Source: a virus. Taken from it: DNA of 64,000 nucleotides. How positions within the stretch are numbered: position 1 is the stretch's first letter; each line of letters begins with the position of its first letter. The stretch is taken from positions 1 through 64,000 of the IMG/VR virus record IMGVR_UViG_3300032308_002010. One strand, 5' to 3'. The position numbers and the translations under genes were made by a program. Under the pieces are notes generated by a model. That model was not told the origin of the DNA. It did no database searches and saw only the letters and a program-made list of their open reading frames with translations. This document shows, one piece after another, positions 39,386 to 49,231 of the stretch.

Positions 39386-42300
39386 CTACCCGTGGTAAGA
39401 CCCTGCGCCGCCGCCCATGTCGACTGGCGTACCGTCTGGCGTCTGCTCCATATGCCGTCCGCTCGCCTGCATCACGGCCTCTGACAGGCCCTTTAATACA
39501 AGAGTGCCGGTCAACTGCATATCGCGGCCGCGCTCGTTATTTTGCACGTTCTGCTGCGCGCGAGACGCCTGCTGCGCGTTCTGTTGCACAAGCCCTATAG
39601 CCTCGCGCCCAGCTGATGTGAAGTCGTGCTGCGTCTGTTGAATAGCGCTAACGCCGGCAGAGTCAAAACGCGCAGCTTTTACAGTGGCAGTTTGGACGTC
39701 GCGGTCACCAAGTATTATGCGGCCGCTTCTCGCGGTGGCGTCTTGACCGGTTGTTTTTATTTCATCGCGGCGCTGCTGTAAAAAGTCGTATTGCTCGCGG
39801 TCTTTCTTCGACAACTGCAACTCATTTGTAAACCAGCCTGACTTACCGCGCGACGCGACTTCTTCCATCTGCTTAGTTACGGCGCTAAGCGGATTCCCTG
39901 ATTCGAGTTCCTTGCGGCGCTGACTGAGGGCGTCATATTTTTTACGGTCTTCTTTTGACAGCTGCAGTTCGCTTGTAAACCAGCCGGGTTTGCCGCGGGA
40001 AGCAACCTCTTCCATCTGCTTAGTTACGGTACCAAGCGCATCGCCAGAGACGACTTCTTCTTTTCTTCGTTGCAGCGATTCGTATTTGTCTTTGTCTTCT
40101 TTTGACAGCTGCAGTTCGCTTGTAAACCAGCCGGGTTTGCCGCGGGAAGCAACCTCTTCCATCTGCTGTGTAACAAGCTGCAGCTGCTCTTGTTGCGACG
40201 GCTGACCTTGCGCAGTAGCGGCGCCACCCGACAACAAATCCATCATTTGCTGCAGGCCGCTGGAGTGCAGCGCTGATGATTGTTTTGGGTCAAGGTTTTG
40301 AGAGGTAAGGCCGGCGGCTGGCTGCGCGGGAGCCCCAGACTTTACGCGTTCCATTACTTTGGTTGCTTGATGTTCGGCCAGCGTTTTGTGTAGGCGCGAT
40401 ACGTTTGCGCGCTCTTCTTTTGTCAGTAACACACTTGTCCGCGCGTCATCTAAACCTTTTAACCCGCTTTGCTGATCTTCAGGTGAAAACTTGTCAAACA
40501 AATCTCGGGCGGATGCGTCTGGTAACGACAACAGTTGCGCTCTTTTTTCGTCGTTCCACATTGCGGCTTTGAAATTATCGACTGTTGGATCTTTGCTAAT
40601 TTCATCAACAACTTTTTGCTGCGCGGCGGTAGGTTTTGTGTCGTCCGCGGCGGCAGGTGTTTCGAGTTCTTTCTTGCGCTGCTGCAGTTCTTCCCAACGT
40701 TTCTGGTCTTCGTCGTTAGAGAATTGCATGTCGCTGGCAAAAAAACCACGGTCTTTACCGCGCTTCTTTAACTCGTCAATTTGCGCGTTTACACTTGCCG
40801 GATCGTCCATGTTTGTTTTCTTGGATCGGAATGTTTCCAACCCCTGTTCTTTGGCGGCCTCTCTCGCTTTGGCGTAGACATTGTTCAGCTGCTGAACGCC
40901 GCGCTCACCCTCGCCAAATACTGCGCGCAAGTGCTTAGTTGCTTTTTCTTCAGCGCGAGCAGGAACGGACCCCTCGCTTTCGAAGTGCTTGACCATCTCT
41001 TCTTTCAGCCGCTTCGACATGAACTTAGCGCGCTCTTCTGGTGACTCGTCGACTTGATTGCCCATTTCATTGATAGCAACGCCGGAAGCGATGTCGGCAG
41101 TCTTGCGCATAAGATCTTTACGGCGCGCATCAAACTGCTCAGCTGTCACGTTTTCTGGTTTTAGATCAGCGTACGCGCGTTTGTCGTAGTTTTGCTCTAG
41201 CTGCTCAAACGTTTGTCGACTGACGTCACGAGTAACTTCATTTGTTTTTGCCAGCGGTCTTTCTTGAGCTTCGGTGACGGTTTGCGCGCTCTGATCGAGA
41301 CCAACGCTCGCTAAGCCGCCAAACTCTTGCGACGCACGAAGCGCTTTAGACATTGCGCGGGCTTCTTCTTGTTTTTCTTGGCTCAATTTGCCGCCGAAGA
41401 AGCCGCCCTGCATTTTCTTTTCAAACGCGGTCGTGTCTTTGTTGAGCGCTGCTTCCGCGAATGCGTCAATTTGTTTTTGATCAGCGTTTGGACCAAGTAC
41501 GGATTCGGCCATGGCTTTTGCGCCGGCCGTAACGTCTTCTTTTTTGCCAGTGTTATATGCTTTGATAATTGTCGTAGCGCGCTTACGTTGCGCCTCGTTT
41601 CGCTCTTTTTGTTCTGGCGTGGACCCAGCGGCAGTATCGCTAGCCGCCATCTGCGCGCGAGCGTATAGGGTCTGTTGTTGTTCAGCCGTCAGCTCTTCAT
41701 CGGGTTTAAACCCGGCTAGTTTCTTCAGTTCTTTGGCCGCGGCGCCGCTCGGGTTTTTTTGCGCTTCTTCGTTGAGCTTCTGGATTTTTTCCGGCGTAAT
41801 AGTCGCGTCGTTTGACATCTTCGCCGCGGCAACGAGACCTTCTTGCATATCCGGCGCGTACTTCTGCAGCACCTCGTCCTCAGATATGACGTTGAATACA
41901 CGCTTCAACGACTCGGTGCGTGTAATCGTGTTGTCTGATGCTATGTTATTTAATTCATCGCCCACTCGCTGTGAAAACGTAGATTCTGTGCCCATAGCCG
42001 CGGCGCCAAAACGTTCAGCTTTTCGTTCAGTGATTTTTTGGCGCGCGTCGGCGTCGGTGATGGCGGCCTTGTTGCGAATTTGTTTTTGACCCTCGATGCT
42101 GACGCCAGTACGTTCTTGTAAAATCGCGCTTGATTCGGTGTACAGTGTGCGCATGCTTTCTTTACGCGTTGCCGCGTCGGCACCGTAAAGTGCGTTGAAG
42201 TAAGTCTCAGCGCGGGCGTCTGCCGCCCCTTTACCGAGTCCGCCGCCGTCTTTACTTTGAAAGTATTTCGACAGTTCTTCTTTACCGCGGCGCTCAAGCG

Positions 42301-44296
42301 TGGCGTCGACCTCTTCCGCGCCCATGTCTTTTGTTTCGTTCATTACGACGTCGAGCATGCGATTGGCGAGGTTTGGCGCGATCGTCTTCTTTTGCTCCGC
42401 AAACTCTTCGTCTGACACGCCCATCGGCTTGATTTTGTTAAACTCTTCGCTGTCCATCGTGCCCTGCATGACGGCAGCTTGCCGTTGTGCAAGCCGCCGC
42501 TGGTGCATATAGGTTTGACCTTTGTAGGCGTATCCTTCTTGCACAAATGGCCGCAAGCCCTGCCGGTCCATCTGATAAGCCCGAAACATACGATCAGAGG
42601 CGCCAGATTCGCGCGCGAGCTGGTACATAGCGCCGACGCCGCCCTCGCCAACCATCTGCGCGAGGTTATACTTCTTACCCTTGTATTCAAACTCTTCTTG
42701 ATTGTTTCGGTATGCCTGTGCCGCGGCCTCCATCTTAGTGCCGCGGTACTTGTCAGGATTTTCAGAGACAAGCCGGTTTAACACCGCAATACTTTGACCA
42801 CCCGCGCTTTCATCGCCACGACGCGAAAAACCCGCCATTGTTGCGTCGGCACCGTCGTCCCCTTCTTTCTGTAGCTTGCCCGGTAGCATCTTGTTATAGA
42901 CACCAGCGTCGTGCATAGCTTGGCTGCGCGCCATATTAACTTTCATCCGCTCCAATCCAACCTCGCCTGCTTGCGCACGAGTTAACCCCATTTGCACGCC
43001 AAACTCTTGTTCGTTGCGCGCCATGTTGTGCAACTCGGTCAGGCTGGTGCTGGAGTCGCGCGCGGCCATGCGCACTTCTCGCACAAGTTTTTCCAACTTA
43101 CCGGGCGCCAAAGATGACGAACCGCCCGTTAGCTGTTCGAGGCTGGCGATCAACGCTTGAACCGGCGCGTTTGCCTGCCCGTTGTCGCCAAAAATTTCAC
43201 GAATAGACGCGATAACTTTGTTGTAATCTTTTAGCGTTTTTGACGTTCGTGTTGCGTCTACGGCATTTGCTGCAACACTAAATCCGTCCATTTGCTCGAT
43301 TTCTGAGACAGATTTAGCGCGCGGATCTTTAGCGACTTGTTTGTCAATTTCTTCAAACGTTGAGCTAATGCGCTTTTTGTAATCGCCCATTTTGTCGTCG
43401 AGCATTATTTTGCGTTCTTCTTCGGTCGCGTTGGCGTAGTCGAAGTTACGCGTCATCAAATCGTCATGTCCAAACTGCTCGGCCATGCGTGTGATTGTTT
43501 TATCGTCGCGCTTGGCGGCGCTCATTGCTTTGACGCGCTCAGCCGGTGACAGCGCCCCGAGAGCCTGCGGCAGCTGCCCCTTCTGGAATAAATGCTCCAT
43601 CATCTCGCTAGTCGACTGAGCGCCAAATCCGCGCATTTCATTTATGTTCGCGTCCGGGCCGTATAAATTCTGATATACGTTTTGCGAGAACTGTTTAAGC
43701 GAGTCTTCCGACATGCGGCGACCACCTGTCGCGGCGTCGGCGCGATAAAAACCGATTCTTTGCGCAGCGCCGGCAATAGCTGCCGGATCGCCGCGGCTAC
43801 CGAACATTAAGCCCTCGTATGTGTCGGCGCCAACTTGACTTGCAGCAAACTGTTTAAATACGGGGTTGTTTAATACGCTTGCGCCCGTGTTTGCTTGTTC
43901 GCGGTCGAGCCGCGTGATTGGCTTCCCGCCGTTTGCGATTTGCTGCACAGCTAGTAGTTTCTTGGCGACCTCTTCGTTGCCGGCCATGTGCGCCGCGTTA
44001 ATTACTTGTACGCCGTGCCGCTGATATTGCGCGGCAGACCGTTCGTCCATAACGTTTTGACTAGGCATCTGGTGCATTAAAAACGCGTCGGGCCCAAACG
44101 CGCCCTGCACCAGCTGCGGGCCGTACATATTAGCCAGATAGCCAAACGCGTTATCTACGTGCGCCGGGTTGTTAAACGGCGAATACTGCGGCGGGGCGTA
44201 CCGCATCGCGGCAATGGCGCGGGCTTCCGCCGACGGCTCGCCGTACTCAAACGGAGCGGCGCCAAATAAGCCCTGATTGTTGTATTGCCCCTGCAT
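39386..44296 (-). CDS. tail tape measure protein
   Basis: 1636 aa, Ala/Gln/Lys/Glu-rich and helical; located between chaperones and hub. Confidence 0.8.
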   Translation of the reverse strand: MQGQYNNQGLFGAAPFEYGEPSAEARAIAAMRYAPPQYSPFNNPAHVDNAFGYLANMYGPQLVQGAFGPDAFLMHQMPSQNVMDERSAAQYQRHGVQVINAAHMAGNEEVAKKLLAVQQIANGGKPITRLDREQANTGASVLNNPVFKQFAASQVGADTYEGLMFGSRGDPAAIAGAAQRIGFYRADAATGGRRMSEDSLKQFSQNVYQNLYGPDANINEMRGFGAQSTSEMMEHLFQKGQLPQALGALSPAERVKAMSAAKRDDKTITRMAEQFGHDDLMTRNFDYANATEEERKIMLDDKMGDYKKRISSTFEEIDKQVAKDPRAKSVSEIEQMDGFSVAANAVDATRTSKTLKDYNKVIASIREIFGDNGQANAPVQALIASLEQLTGGSSSLAPGKLEKLVREVRMAARDSSTSLTELHNMARNEQEFGVQMGLTRAQAGEVGLERMKVNMARSQAMHDAGVYNKMLPGKLQKEGDDGADATMAGFSRRGDESAGGQSIAVLNRLVSENPDKYRGTKMEAAAQAYRNNQEEFEYKGKKYNLAQMVGEGGVGAMYQLARESGASDRMFRAYQMDRQGLRPFVQEGYAYKGQTYMHQRRLAQRQAAVMQGTMDSEEFNKIKPMGVSDEEFAEQKKTIAPNLANRMLDVVMNETKDMGAEEVDATLERRGKEELSKYFQSKDGGGLGKGAADARAETYFNALYGADAATRKESMRTLYTESSAILQERTGVSIEGQKQIRNKAAITDADARQKITERKAERFGAAAMGTESTFSQRVGDELNNIASDNTITRTESLKRVFNVISEDEVLQKYAPDMQEGLVAAAKMSNDATITPEKIQKLNEEAQKNPSGAAAKELKKLAGFKPDEELTAEQQQTLYARAQMAASDTAAGSTPEQKERNEAQRKRATTIIKAYNTGKKEDVTAGAKAMAESVLGPNADQKQIDAFAEAALNKDTTAFEKKMQGGFFGGKLSQEKQEEARAMSKALRASQEFGGLASVGLDQSAQTVTEAQERPLAKTNEVTRDVSRQTFEQLEQNYDKRAYADLKPENVTAEQFDARRKDLMRKTADIASGVAINEMGNQVDESPEERAKFMSKRLKEEMVKHFESEGSVPARAEEKATKHLRAVFGEGERGVQQLNNVYAKAREAAKEQGLETFRSKKTNMDDPASVNAQIDELKKRGKDRGFFASDMQFSNDEDQKRWEELQQRKKELETPAAADDTKPTAAQQKVVDEISKDPTVDNFKAAMWNDEKRAQLLSLPDASARDLFDKFSPEDQQSGLKGLDDARTSVLLTKEERANVSRLHKTLAEHQATKVMERVKSGAPAQPAAGLTSQNLDPKQSSALHSSGLQQMMDLLSGGAATAQGQPSQQEQLQLVTQQMEEVASRGKPGWFTSELQLSKEDKDKYESLQRRKEEVVSGDALGTVTKQMEEVASRGKPGWFTSELQLSKEDRKKYDALSQRRKELESGNPLSAVTKQMEEVASRGKSGWFTNELQLSKKDREQYDFLQQRRDEIKTTGQDATARSGRIILGDRDVQTATVKAARFDSAGVSAIQQTQHDFTSAGREAIGLVQQNAQQASRAQQNVQNNERGRDMQLTGTLVLKGLSEAVMQASGRHMEQTPDGTPVDMGGGAGSYHG
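39800..40167 (-). repeat. three 147-bp (49-aa) repeats in the tape measure
   Basis: 74 identical nt at 39947..40020 and 40094..40167; a diverged third copy lies at about 39800..39873. Confidence 0.85.
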
Positions 44297-44314
44297 ATGC
44301 CGCCGCCGTCGTTT

Positions 44315-44716
44315 TTATTGTTCGTTGTTTAGCGCTTTATATCGCTCCAACATGTCGCTAAGGTCTTTGCTTAACATTGTATCTTTTTTGGGCTCGTCAC
44401 CGCTCGTTGGCGCCGTTTTGTCTGCGTCGAGGCTAATCCACGGAAAAACTGTTTTTTGGATATCTACTAGTAGCTCATTGCAGCGTTTTTTCGTGTTTGC
44501 GAAGCTGTCCTCGACTAGGTTGCCGTGTGACAAAAGCGCTAGCCAATGCCGGTGGGCCGTAGTTAGCAGTTCGTAATCGTCTCGGCGCTCAACTTCCGTC
44601 AGTAGTAACCGGTGCTTAATCTTCCATTGACGATTTCTGGGATCGGCGCCCGCGTAATTTATTGCGCCGGACACGGCAGCCCGCACCATTAAGGCTGCTA
44701 CCCGATCCCGTTCCAA
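44315..44716 (-). CDS. tail assembly chaperone (GT-like second ORF)
   Basis: Directly upstream of the tape measure; overlaps the previous ORF in the -1 frame. Confidence 0.5.
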   Translation of the reverse strand: MERDRVAALMVRAAVSGAINYAGADPRNRQWKIKHRLLLTEVERRDDYELLTTAHRHWLALLSHGNLVEDSFANTKKRCNELLVDIQKTVFPWISLDADKTAPTSGDEPKKDTMLSKDLSDMLERYKALNNEQ

Positions 44717-45729
44717 AAACTTGGTTCTAGCGCCATAGCCTCAAGGGCCTCCACGAGCCTTTGAAAACGCCGAAGATGCGTGCTGATTAACCGGCGCGTA
44801 ACCTCGTGGGCGAGTGCTTTTGTGTTTACAAAATTTCTAGCCGCCGGAAGCGCCGTTTGATTCGGCTGATCTGCTGGCGGCGTAAATTTCACGTCGGCCA
44901 GCACGGGGTTTAAAACAGTCGGTTTACCTGTGCTATCAAGAATAGCTTCAAGCGAGCATGCGAGCCGGTATTCGGCCATACGCAAAAACCACTCAGCCTC
45001 TGAAAAAATTTCGCCGGCGTTTTGATCGAGCAGCAGCTGGCGCTGTATTAAAAAGTTTTCGTCGGCCAGTAAACTGCGCAGTCTGACAACCATTCGACCG
45101 CCGGCAAGCTCGTAGTCACGCGTAAAGCGGTTTCCGCCAAGCAGCGTAACAAGAAAGTCCTCCTTGTCGCGATCAGACACGTCGACGTCAAACTTTTGCT
45201 GCATGTTCCACCCGCATCGCGGACAGAACGGCAAAATAACCATCGGCCCTTCGAGGTCGCCTGTCGGCGGGGGAAGCTCTTCTTCGTCTGTTTTAACCGG
45301 CTGTTCTTTAGATTTAGCCGGCTCTTCTGTTGCTGTAACGGCGGCCGGCTTCTGCTCAGTGGCCGCTGCTTCAGCAGCAGCGACTTCTTCGCGGTCGTCT
45401 ACAATTTGTGTTTCCATCATCTTGCGGTACGCCTCGGCAACACTTGGCGCCATGTCAGCCGTCGCTTCTTTGAGTTTGTCGTCGGCTTCTTTCTTTTTGC
45501 CAATATTCTTTGCGTCGACAAGGCTTTTTTTTACTTTCTCTACGTCTTCCTCTGTCATTACCGCCGCGTCGATGAGCACGTCGATTCGTTTGGACGGCGG
45601 TAACCTGTCTCGAATTTGCAGCAGGAGTTCGCCGAGATCTGCTGGAATAGGGTCGTTAACCTTCCAGCCAAACTGCTCAAGCGTTGCCTTTGTAAAATCC
45701 GACACGTAAGGATTTTCTACTAAGTCCAT
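44698..45729 (-). CDS. tail assembly chaperone with long acidic N-terminal extension and CPRC motif
   Basis: AAGGAG SD before ATG 45729; C-terminal F.R.Y.L.GG...V.LRSL...E pattern; position in the tail module. Confidence 0.55.
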   Translation of the reverse strand: MDLVENPYVSDFTKATLEQFGWKVNDPIPADLGELLLQIRDRLPPSKRIDVLIDAAVMTEEDVEKVKKSLVDAKNIGKKKEADDKLKEATADMAPSVAEAYRKMMETQIVDDREEVAAAEAAATEQKPAAVTATEEPAKSKEQPVKTDEEELPPPTGDLEGPMVILPFCPRCGWNMQQKFDVDVSDRDKEDFLVTLLGGNRFTRDYELAGGRMVVRLRSLLADENFLIQRQLLLDQNAGEIFSEAEWFLRMAEYRLACSLEAILDSTGKPTVLNPVLADVKFTPPADQPNQTALPAARNFVNTKALAHEVTRRLISTHLRRFQRLVEALEAMALEPSFWNGIG

Positions 45730-45740
45730 TATTAACTCCT

Positions 45741-48626
45741 TCAAGTCCGCGGAACGATCGGGTAATTGCCGTTAATGATTTTTGGCGTGTTTTCTTTGAA
45801 CTCTGGTGTTTGATATTCGCCAGCCAAACCGGGCGCTGGGTTTCGTTGCTTATCGATATAACCACCCTCAAGCTGCACGATCCTGAAATCTTGCTCAACG
45901 TAAGCCGGTTCCGAGTTGAGCCATTTGTCGCCCGGAAACGGAAATGTTTCTCCGCAAGCCGCCGCAACAACGGGGCGCTCTTTCCACTTGTCTGGAATCT
46001 TTCCGTCGAGTCGCGCCATCTGTTGCCATCTATCTTCGTACAGCATGAAGTCAGGAATTTTGTAATCTTCGTCGCGCCGGAAAGAAAACTCCATAATCGT
46101 CATTACGCGATCGTTGCCGGCGCGCTTTTCCGCATACCACATCTGCTGAATCTTTTGCGTATCGATCAGGTCGCCAATCTGCGGGATTTCCTCGTCAATA
46201 AGCTGTTTAAACAGATCAATTGCTTTGCGCACTTCTGCCTGACACTTGCCGTCGCAACCGGCTACAAAGACTTGGCCACGAGCTGCTTGTTCGGTGAATA
46301 TGTGACCCTTTGATACAAGAACGCTTCCGTCGCACAGCACATTACCGTCGAGGAAGATGTCGCCGTCTGTACCGATCGGGCCGCACAGCAGGGTAAGTGA
46401 TTGTTTGAAAAGATTGGCTTTATTTGTTCCACCAACTTTTTGTCCGCCAAAGAAGTGATAAACCGAACCCGACTCTTTGAGGTAGTTATACAGGTTCTCG
46501 GATTTGGTGATAATATCTTTACTGCCTTGCGCCGCGTCGAGCATGATGTCGCCGGGCTTGATATTGCCGCCACCTGTGCGCATGTAAATTTGATGCGCTA
46601 AGCCCACCACGTTTGAGTACGGGGCGCGCGCAACGACACCGGCAAACTTGATTTGATCGCCGCACTGCTCGAAGTCGTATTCGATAGTCTTGCCGCGCGA
46701 TTCAAGTAGGATGCCGCCTTCTCGGTCAGATGTTTCGTTTCCGGCAAATACCAATACGTTACGCTCGGCTTTGATACGGACGTTCTTTTCCGTGGCCGAG
46801 ATATCGACGGTCTTGTTACCGCGCAGAATGACGTCGTTACCACCCCACGCTTGCACGTCGCGGCCGCCCTTGAGCCACACGTCGCCGGGAGAAGAGATAG
46901 TGACGCAGCCAGCCACCATACGTATTTCGCCGCCGTATCCGTCCCCAATAACTACGCCGCCATCCTCCAGCAACGATATGTACGATTCCTGTTCGTAAAA
47001 CTTTTGCTGGTTGTAACGGTGATCAATTTTCCACTGTCTGGGCGTCGGTTCTTTGAGATACATCGAGCCTTGCAGCTGACTAAAGTCGGGAATTTTTTGA
47101 TTAACGTCAGCATAGCCCTCGCTTTTTAGATCCTGCTCCTCCCACGTCTTGTAATCTTTTTCGTGCCAGTAGAAGGGGTGCAGGCCGGCGTAATTAAACA
47201 GATAGCCGTGTAGATCGAGGACAGCCGTGGCGCGCTGCATGTTTGGCCACTTGGAGTCTGTCGTCTTAATGTCGCCAGTGATCTTGTGCTCTGGGCCGCT
47301 GCCGTATTTGCTGGCGGCTTTGTAGTTCTGATCGGTTCTATCGCCCTTGCCAGACTCGGGGCGCTTGAGGCGCTGCGGGAAGGGCAGTAGGATGCGTTTA
47401 GATAACACAATCCCCTTAGACGACGTAATAAACCGCCGCCCGTCCATGGCCACGTTGTCTTCTTGCAGGCCGTATACGGGTTTTTCTTGGTGGTCAGGGC
47501 TTTTGCTTCCACCGCCGCAGTCTGGTGGAAAGCTGTGCTTGCTGACGAGCGGCGATTCAAATGGCGGCGGTGGTTGGCCGCCCGGATCTGGTTTGTATGT
47601 CCATTTTTGTTGACCGGGTGGCGGCGCGTGCACAACCAACCGCGTACCTTGCCCGAGATACCCGTAAAACTTTTGTGTGCGGTGGTACGGCTGGAGGTAG
47701 TCGTCTTTGTTTTCCCAGTGACTGTAATATGGCACGCCCTTGGGGCATTGATAGTCTTTCGGTTGGAAATCTTTGACGATGTCCTGCCCCGGCTGTAGTG
47801 AGCCCATCGCCTCCCACGGGTACGGCGCATAACCGTTCGTGTCGTTGCACTCCGCCTGATCCATGTAGGCGTCGCGCTCTGTCCCAGCCGTCCACACCTG
47901 CATGTTATAGCCGGCTACACGCAGCAGCTGATCGTGGTAAAAGCCGTATACGCCGCAGAACTCGTTTACGGACGCCCGAAACATGAAGTCGTCGACCGTG
48001 ACGCCAATACCGGTTGTAGACACGGCGCCCCACTCGCTGGCTAACGTGGCATCCCACGGGCGCCAGCCGCTCCAGTCGACCATCTGACCGTTGAGCTTTT
48101 CTTTAATGTACTTCTTGTGGCAGTCGTCAACGCGCTTTCGGCTAGCCTGCGAGATATAGTCGTGGTAGGCGCGCCTACCGATATCTAAAACGCCCGGGGC
48201 GGCTCCAAGAATAAATCCCTGTCCTAGCCGGTCGTGCACCATGACGATGACAGGCGTACCGGGGGCGTACGTGTTGATCGCAGAAGCGCCGAAACACACC
48301 TGACTCGTGTGGGTCAGCGCAGACGCAATGATTGGCGCCCGAGACTTTTCAACAAACACTTTATAGCAGTTCGCAATAGCCGTGCCGTCGGCTATCGTGC
48401 CCATGCAGATCCGCCCAGTATCCTGAAACCCGGCTTTAAAACCGTGTAACTTACTGTTTGGATCTGCGACTGCCTGTGTTTGTGCCCCCCACGCCGCGGT
48501 TGCTGTACGACTAGAAAACTGCGTGTTACTTTGAACGCGTCGCGCAGTTTGAGTTGTGTCGTATGTGTGTTGCTGTCCGGTGGCTGGAGAAATACTAACT
48601 GGTTTAGGGAGCGGTTGCTCGCTCAT
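45741..48626 (-). CDS. baseplate central spike (gp5/gpV/VgrG-like), large
   Basis: N-terminal OB-fold-like YAPGTPVIV...G.ILG and a beta-helix-like run (ISLLEDGGVVIGDG.GG.I.M..G.V.I...GDV.L..G.DV). Confidence 0.6.
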   Translation of the reverse strand: MSEQPLPKPVSISPATGQQHTYDTTQTARRVQSNTQFSSRTATAAWGAQTQAVADPNSKLHGFKAGFQDTGRICMGTIADGTAIANCYKVFVEKSRAPIIASALTHTSQVCFGASAINTYAPGTPVIVMVHDRLGQGFILGAAPGVLDIGRRAYHDYISQASRKRVDDCHKKYIKEKLNGQMVDWSGWRPWDATLASEWGAVSTTGIGVTVDDFMFRASVNEFCGVYGFYHDQLLRVAGYNMQVWTAGTERDAYMDQAECNDTNGYAPYPWEAMGSLQPGQDIVKDFQPKDYQCPKGVPYYSHWENKDDYLQPYHRTQKFYGYLGQGTRLVVHAPPPGQQKWTYKPDPGGQPPPPFESPLVSKHSFPPDCGGGSKSPDHQEKPVYGLQEDNVAMDGRRFITSSKGIVLSKRILLPFPQRLKRPESGKGDRTDQNYKAASKYGSGPEHKITGDIKTTDSKWPNMQRATAVLDLHGYLFNYAGLHPFYWHEKDYKTWEEQDLKSEGYADVNQKIPDFSQLQGSMYLKEPTPRQWKIDHRYNQQKFYEQESYISLLEDGGVVIGDGYGGEIRMVAGCVTISSPGDVWLKGGRDVQAWGGNDVILRGNKTVDISATEKNVRIKAERNVLVFAGNETSDREGGILLESRGKTIEYDFEQCGDQIKFAGVVARAPYSNVVGLAHQIYMRTGGGNIKPGDIMLDAAQGSKDIITKSENLYNYLKESGSVYHFFGGQKVGGTNKANLFKQSLTLLCGPIGTDGDIFLDGNVLCDGSVLVSKGHIFTEQAARGQVFVAGCDGKCQAEVRKAIDLFKQLIDEEIPQIGDLIDTQKIQQMWYAEKRAGNDRVMTIMEFSFRRDEDYKIPDFMLYEDRWQQMARLDGKIPDKWKERPVVAAACGETFPFPGDKWLNSEPAYVEQDFRIVQLEGGYIDKQRNPAPGLAGEYQTPEFKENTPKIINGNYPIVPRT

Positions 48627-48685
48627 TTGTGTCACCAAGTTGGCGTGTTACGGGCGAAATCGCCCCGGGCGGCTGCCCAATACAA

Positions 48686-48720
48686 TAAACGGCGGCTGCG
48701 AAAACCGCAACCGCCGTTTA
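48686..48720. terminator. rho-independent terminator (possibly bidirectional) after the tube gene
   Basis: TAAACGGCGGCTGCG-AAAAC-CGCAACCGCCGTTTA stem with U-rich runs on both sides. Confidence 0.75.
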
Positions 48721-48752
48721 CTTGTTTGTTTTCGCTATATCAGCGTATCTGA

Positions 48753-49184
48753 TCAGGACACGTCGATATCGCTGCAAATAAAGCTCAAGTTCTCGTTAAT
48801 CACGACGTCTTGCGCCGTGACGCTGGCGCCGATCGACGTCAGGGTCGCGTCTTTTACGTCGTAGTTGACCGAGCCACCGCCCTTACAGGCGATGCCCTGT
48901 AGCGACATGTTTCGCGGGTTACACATGTTGCCGTAGGTTTGAATCAGCGTTTGGAAATCTCCATTACCGCCCATAACGCGCGTAAGCTGGCATTGCCCCT
49001 GACGACGGTTACCGACGTAATAAACATTGTTGCTGCCGATTTCATACAGGAAGTTTACGGTGCGGTTCACCGTAAATTGAAACTGCTGTACGAGTACGGC
49101 CTTAGATCCGAGCGTTAACACAACATCTTCTGCCCGCACGGCACCAGTGTGTGTTTGCGCCTGACTCTGCCACGGTACTGCCAT
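48753..49184 (-). CDS. tail tube protein
   Basis: 143 aa, beta-rich, immediately after the sheath; LYEIGS...YYV motif. Confidence 0.8.
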   Translation of the reverse strand: MAVPWQSQAQTHTGAVRAEDVVLTLGSKAVLVQQFQFTVNRTVNFLYEIGSNNVYYVGNRRQGQCQLTRVMGGNGDFQTLIQTYGNMCNPRNMSLQGIACKGGGSVNYDVKDATLTSIGASVTAQDVVINENLSFICSDIDVS

Positions 49185-49231
49185 AATTCACCTGCTGTTG
49201 TTGGGTTAGTACTTACTTATCAATTACGCGA

